Assembly (NCBI RefSeq): GCF_009834535.1
Contig: NC_045729.1
Coordinates: forward strand, 16,368,001-16,432,000
Source: Camelus ferus
Taxonomy: Eukaryota
Length of the DNA: 64,000 nucleotides
Direction: 5' to 3'
A model generated the notes under the pieces. It was not told where the DNA came from and did no database searches. It worked only from the letters and a program-made list of their open reading frames with translations. This document shows, piece by piece, positions 59,703 to 64,000 of this stretch. Made by a program: the position numbers and the translations under genes. Within the stretch, counting starts at the first letter, position 1; every line of letters starts with the position of its first letter.

Positions 59703-59837
59703 AGGGAGGGTATAGCTCAGTGGCAGAGCACATGGTTAGCATGCACAAGGTCCTGGGTTCAATCCCCAGGACTTCCATCAAAATAAATAAATAAACCTAA
59801 TTACCCCCCCCCAAAAGCCTCAAAAAACAAAAAAACA
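59703..59837 (+). mobile_element. tRNA-derived SINE with a perfect 16-bp TSD
   Basis: Full body; TSD caaactccagcaaggc at 59687-59702 and 59838-59853. Confidence 0.9.
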
Positions 59838-60753
59838 CAAACTCCAGCAAGGCCTGGTCCTGCCCGGGCCCTGGCTCCCTCCCCACTGGCCTGCTCTGCT
59901 GCAGGCACTGTCTTACTTTGTTTGTTCCCACAGGGGGGCCTTTGCACTGCCCATTCCCTCTGCCCAGGGGCGCTGGCCTGGAGGCTGGAGGCTGGCTCTT
60001 CCTCCTCATCCAGGTCTCAGCTCCCATGTCACCTGCTCAGGAAAGCCCTCCCTGACCTCCAGCTACAGATGCCATTGGCACCCCAGTCACTTGCTGGCCA
60101 CGTGAAACTGTTTCATTTTCTGGGTAATACGTCTGAAAATCTGCAATTATCCTTTTTGATGGCTCTTCATGCAGGCTGTCGCCTCCCCCTGGAGTGAAGC
60201 TCCGTGAGCGCAGGGATTCTGTCTTGTTTGCTACAGTGTTGGCAGCACCTTAAAAGCCCCTGGCGTATACTGGACGCTCAGTGGGTATCTGTGGGATGAA
60301 TGATGCAGAGGACGCGGTGTGAAGGGAAACTGAAGGAAAGCGGAATGAAGGACGTTGGGAAGTTGAGTGGGAACTAGGGAGCTTTCTCAGGTCTGCCTTG
60401 CAGACGTGTAATGTTGCAGGTGATGAGGGCTACCCAGGGGGACAGGTCCTAAGTAGATGGCAGAAGCAGGGACCAGAGGGTGGAGAGAGAAATACAATGG
60501 TGAAAATAAGTGTCATCTGTCAGGGGGAAAGTGCTAGAGAAGGTTGGGGGGAGCAGGGCAGAGGTGCGTGAATGAGCCTGGAGCTCCTGGCATCTTGGGT
60601 GACGCGGTAAGTAGGACAGGAAGCAGACCCCAGGCAGGGGACAGGGACAGATCACACTCACGGGCACATACCTGTCAGGAGTGAGCATGAACACTGCCCT
60701 CCCCTCCCAGAAGATCAGGAGACTGTGGCGCCCAGGTGGAGCAGGGGACTTAC

Positions 60754-60767
60754 CCGTGGGACAGCAT
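60754..60767 (-). CDS. PTPN6: PTPN6 distal (epithelial promoter) first coding exon, MLSHG; gives a 597-aa isoform
   Basis: ATGCTGTCCCACGG|gtaagt; same phase as the acceptor at 56046. Confidence 0.88.
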
Positions 60768-61479
60768 CTCCCCAGAGGGGTGGGGAGTCACAGGCAGAAG
60801 GCCACAGGGGGCGGGGCCAAGCCGGGGACGCAGCTGTGCAGCAGCTCAAGCCAGGTGAGGAAGAGCACTCAGAACTCAGCCACCTCCCTCTCAAGGCTGC
60901 CCACCAGGCCAAAGGCACCACAGGGACAAGCCCCTGGACTAAATGTCCCTGGAAAAGGGGCAGGTGGGGTGGGGCTGGCCTCAGACCGCCCACAGCAGCT
61001 GGCTTCTCCCTGCAGCCCCAGCTCTGCCTGCCTGTCCAGGGCCTCCTTCCCTCGGGAGGGGAGGAGCCACCTGGAGTTTCAGCAGACAAAATGACAGAAC
61101 GGGAGAGGGTGGGTGGGGGCAAAGATCAGGAAGTAACCTTGGCCAGGGGAACATCAGCCAATGGGGAAGCCTCTCAGGGCACAGAAGCCTAGAAGCCTCA
61201 GGAAAAGTTCAGGAAGCCCCACTCCTCAGAGGAGGTGCCACCGGTGCAGGCCCACCCACCCGGGGTGTTGGGGGCCAGCCCATCCTCCCACCCTGCCCTG
61301 GATCCCAGAAAGGATCTGGACTGAGATGGAATGGCCTGAAAGGCAAAGGGAACCGGACCAGGACACAAGGGTTGTCAGGGTCACAAAAGACTGACACCAA
61401 GGCTAAGTCTCAGGCACATTTATTATCTTCCAGAACACCAAGGTTCTCCCTTCCCTGGCAGTGTCATGGGAGGGCCAAC

Positions 61480-61631
61480 TCAGGAGGCGGCCACGCTGCC
61501 ACCTGAAGCAGGCCCGTGGGGTGGCAAGGTCATGGGAGGCAGGAAGAGCGCCTTCAGCTTGCCCGACAGGCTGGCAATCTCAGGATCCTGGGCTTCGTAA
61601 GACTTGACCAAGCGGGCAAACTTAAGGACAC
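61480..61631 (-). CDS. C12orf57: C12orf57 exon 3
   Basis: GVLKFARLVKSYEAQDPEIASLSGKLKALFLPP...AAS*. Confidence 0.95.
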
Positions 61632-62919
61632 CTGCAAGGGTGAGCGGAGAATTAACCCACAACCCCAGGGGACAGATGAGTCCAAGACAGAACGGGAGAC
61701 GGTGGCTGGAGGCAGTGTGAGCATGAGTCACTGGCTGCCACCCCTCTGGTAGCCAGGTAGCTGTCTGCCAAACAAGACACATGCAGGCCTCTGCCCTGTG
61801 AGGTTTCGATAAACCACTTCCTGGTCTACACCAGGCACAACTGGATGGGATGCGGTGAATAAAAATATCCCAAAGCATTGTGATTCTCACTATCAGGTGA
61901 ACCATTTTAGCAATTTCATCACAAGACCCAAAAGTATGCACGCCCACAAGATCACCGGTCTATGACCAGGATACAGGAGGGCTGTGGGCCAGCTGGATTG
62001 AATCAATAAACACCCTCGGGAAACACCACGCCCTCATCAAAGAAACTGAATTGCCAGCCCTCAGAGATTAGCTGAAACACCTTGAAGGGGCTGCAGAAGT
62101 GTGCTGTTATGCAGACATCTCTGCAAGAGAAGGGGTTCAGGTCCAGCTCTGCTGTGACCTCCGGCAGTTTATTACTAGATTCTGTTTCCTCATCTTAAAA
62201 TAGGATAATAGTATAATCAATGATAACTGTAAAATACACTTAGGATTTCGCCTGGCTCTGGTTCACACTAGACCCTGGATCTCTGAGTGCCAATACTGTT
62301 AGATTGTGGCTGCCGCCGTGTGGCCAGAAAGGGAACGACGGCTCTATCGCCCTTTCCCCAACCCAGTCCACCCCGACCGCCGTCCGACCCACCTTCCCCG
62401 TCGCAGCTGAAGCCATAGGCTTTGATAACCTCCTGCTGAATCTGCGTGGCCACGGGTAGCACGAATTGCAGCATCTTGCCCATGTCGTTGCACGCATTGT
62501 CGCGAGCCTCGTCCATGCGCACGGCGTTCTCCGGAGCCGAGAACGCCTGGATCACCTCGGCCAGGACCACTGTGCGGCAGATGAATCCCAGGCGGGAGTC
62601 CCGGTAGGCATCAGAGCACGGCCGACAGGCCCAGCCGAGAGTGCAGGGAAGAGAGCAGGGAATTAGTGGACTGACACGGTACTAACGCGATGAACTAGGG
62701 CCCCAAATCCCTCCCTCTAGAGAGGAAAGGACCTCTCTTAAGAGCGGGAGGATAGCACCGCGCGCCCCCACTTCCCGGCGAACGCAGCCACATCTCTCGC
62801 CCCAGCTCTTCCCGCACGCACCCTCCTCCCGCAAGGAAGCCCACCCGGTTACTCAGAGGCTTCTCACCCTTGGCCTGTTCCGCACTCAGAGAGGCGGTCT
62901 GGGCCGAGGCGGACGCCAT
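61480..62919 (-). CDS. C12orf57: Protein C10 / GRCC10 (C12orf57 orthologue), whole spliced CDS span, 126 aa
   Basis: complement join(62868-62919,62393-62569,61480-61631) = 381 nt; MASASAQTASLSAEQAKVVLAEVIQAF...GGSVAAS*; AATAAA (minus) at 61419-61424. Confidence 0.96.
62393..62569 (-). CDS. C12orf57: C12orf57 exon 2
   Basis: VVLAEVIQAFSAPENAVRMDEARDNAC...GFSCDGE. Confidence 0.95.
62868..62919 (-). CDS. C12orf57: C12orf57 exon 1
   Basis: MASASAQTASLSAEQAK; AGG|gtgaga. Confidence 0.94.
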
Positions 62920-63143
62920 AGGACAAAAGATGCACGTGCAGCGCCTCCGAGAACGCTCAAAAGCACCGAGCCGCCTGCTAGACAGGCTCTCTAGCTGGGT
63001 GGGGGTGGAGAGAGTGGAAGGGAAGCTGCACCAGTCGACGCCGGAAGCGTCCGAACCTTCCCCACTGCGAACTCTCGGGAACAGAACACACAGCACCTAA
63101 CAAGGCCAGCAAGCGAAAAGTACAGCACCCCAATAAAGATGAT

Positions 63144-63158
63144 TCTATTGTTGTAAAC
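63144..63158 (-). terminator. snRNA 3' box of U7
   Basis: Minus strand GTTTACAACAATAGA about 10 nt downstream of the mature end. Confidence 0.75.
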
Positions 63159-63167
63159 GACGTACGC

Positions 63168-63229
63168 GGGGGCTTTCCGGTGCGGACCGGAAAGCCTGCT
63201 AGACAAATTCTAAAAGAGCTGTTACACTA
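63168..63229 (-). ncRNA. RNU7-1: U7 snRNA gene (functional copy)
   Basis: TAGTGTAACAGCTCTTTTAG, U7 Sm site AATTTGTCTAG (63199-63209), perfect 10-bp stem GGCTTTCCGG/CCGGAAAGCC; flanked by PSE, DSE and 3' box. Confidence 0.96.
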
Positions 63230-63273
63230 GGGAATGTAAGCCCGAGGAGAAGTCGGCATAGCCACTAACTCCA

Positions 63274-63289
63274 CTATTGGTGAGGGTGA
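63274..63289 (-). promoter_or_regulatory. snRNA proximal sequence element (PSE)
   Basis: TCACCCTCACCAATAG at about -46 to -61 from the U7 start. Confidence 0.8.
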
Positions 63290-63426
63290 GCTCCGATTGG
63301 GGCTTCCTAACCCCTATTGCTGTACAAGCGACGAGGCACGCTGTAACTTTCAAAGGGATAAACAGTATTCTAAAGAACGCCCTCAAATTTTTCTTTCTAG
63401 GATTTGTGAACGTTTGATACAAGCCT

Positions 63427-63434
63427 ATGCAAAT
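63427..63434 (+). promoter_or_regulatory. Octamer of the U7 distal sequence element
   Basis: ATGCAAAT about 200 bp upstream of U7. Confidence 0.8.
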
Positions 63435-64000
63435 GAGCCGATGCCGATTGGCTGAGAAAGAAGTCAGACACTCCCCTTTAGTTTTTAAGAAGCAAGACAG
63501 AGCTTCGCAGCAATAAAAACTGGGCGCTAAATCGGCTGTTGCGCTTTCCTAAAATGGCCTTGTGTAGGAATGTGTGCTAACGCCTTCTTGTTTCCCTTCC
63601 CTTCTGAAATTGTCACCCACTCCCTCTTAAAACCCACTCCCGGGTTCTAATCGCTTCAACCTATTGCAGCCACGCCCCTGCACCTCTGCTTTATCACCGT
63701 TTCTAACCATTCTTCGGAGAGGATTCAGGACTGGTGGCTCCGAGCTATGGGACCAGTGGCAGAAACGTCTCCTAAGTCTGAGAAGTTCCTTGGAGGGCGT
63801 AGAGACGTGCCTGTCCCAGGCCGCCAGCATCCCGACTTCCTAGAAGGACGGGACTAGCACCGGTACCCACTCTGGCGGAGCCCGGGCTCCACGTTGTTCG
63901 AGATCCCCTCTCCAATTCTCCAGGGTCCCTACTCACTTCCAGGCTAATCTCCGGTGGTCCCACAGCCTTCTGTCCGGGCGCCGCTGCGCAGTGACCTACA

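Noticed and set aside
1911-59837. tRNA-like A/B boxes as tRNA genes
   Set aside because: All carry the same non-tRNA tail and A-rich end and cannot fold into a cloverleaf; they are SINEs.
56952-61506. Several ORFs of 150-236 aa in PTPN6 intron 1 and the distal promoter
   Set aside because: Low-complexity GC-rich translations with no motifs and no splice-consistent model.
1-64000. CRISPR array, prophage, numt or rRNA gene
   Set aside because: No regularly spaced repeats and no prokaryotic, mitochondrial or rRNA sequence recognised.

Overview
Mammalian genomic DNA syntenic to human 12p13.31, in reverse orientation. A camelid source is inferred from six copies of a tRNA-derived SINE resembling the Vicugna/Camelus family. 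Gene order is LPCAT3 (+, 12 coding exons, 487 aa), EMG1 (-, 6 exons, 244 aa), PHB2 (+, 10 exons, 299 aa expected, exon 5 mostly in an N gap), miR-141/miR-200c (-), PTPN6/SHP-1 (-, two alternative first exons, 595/597 aa), C12orf57 (-, 126 aa) and the U7 snRNA gene (-) with PSE, octamer DSE and 3' box. SCARNA12 lies inside a U12-type AT-AC intron of PHB2. All gene models were built by hand from splice sites and close in frame to the known orthologue lengths. Most ORFs in the supplied track are spurious intronic or antisense frames. There are three N gaps (12105-12248, 40176-40315, 56269-56400). I found no wholly new gene system. The best leads are RNA-processing and regulatory details: the minor intron hosting a scaRNA plus a second U12-like donor at the start of PHB2 exon 5, a stop codon that closes the SHP-1L isoform, a substitution in the histone-pairing segment of U7, an Oct/PU.1/RUNX cluster in a PTPN6 intron, and non-canonical poly(A) signals at the convergent LPCAT3/EMG1 ends. 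Comparisons with human or mouse are from memory and need checking by alignment.
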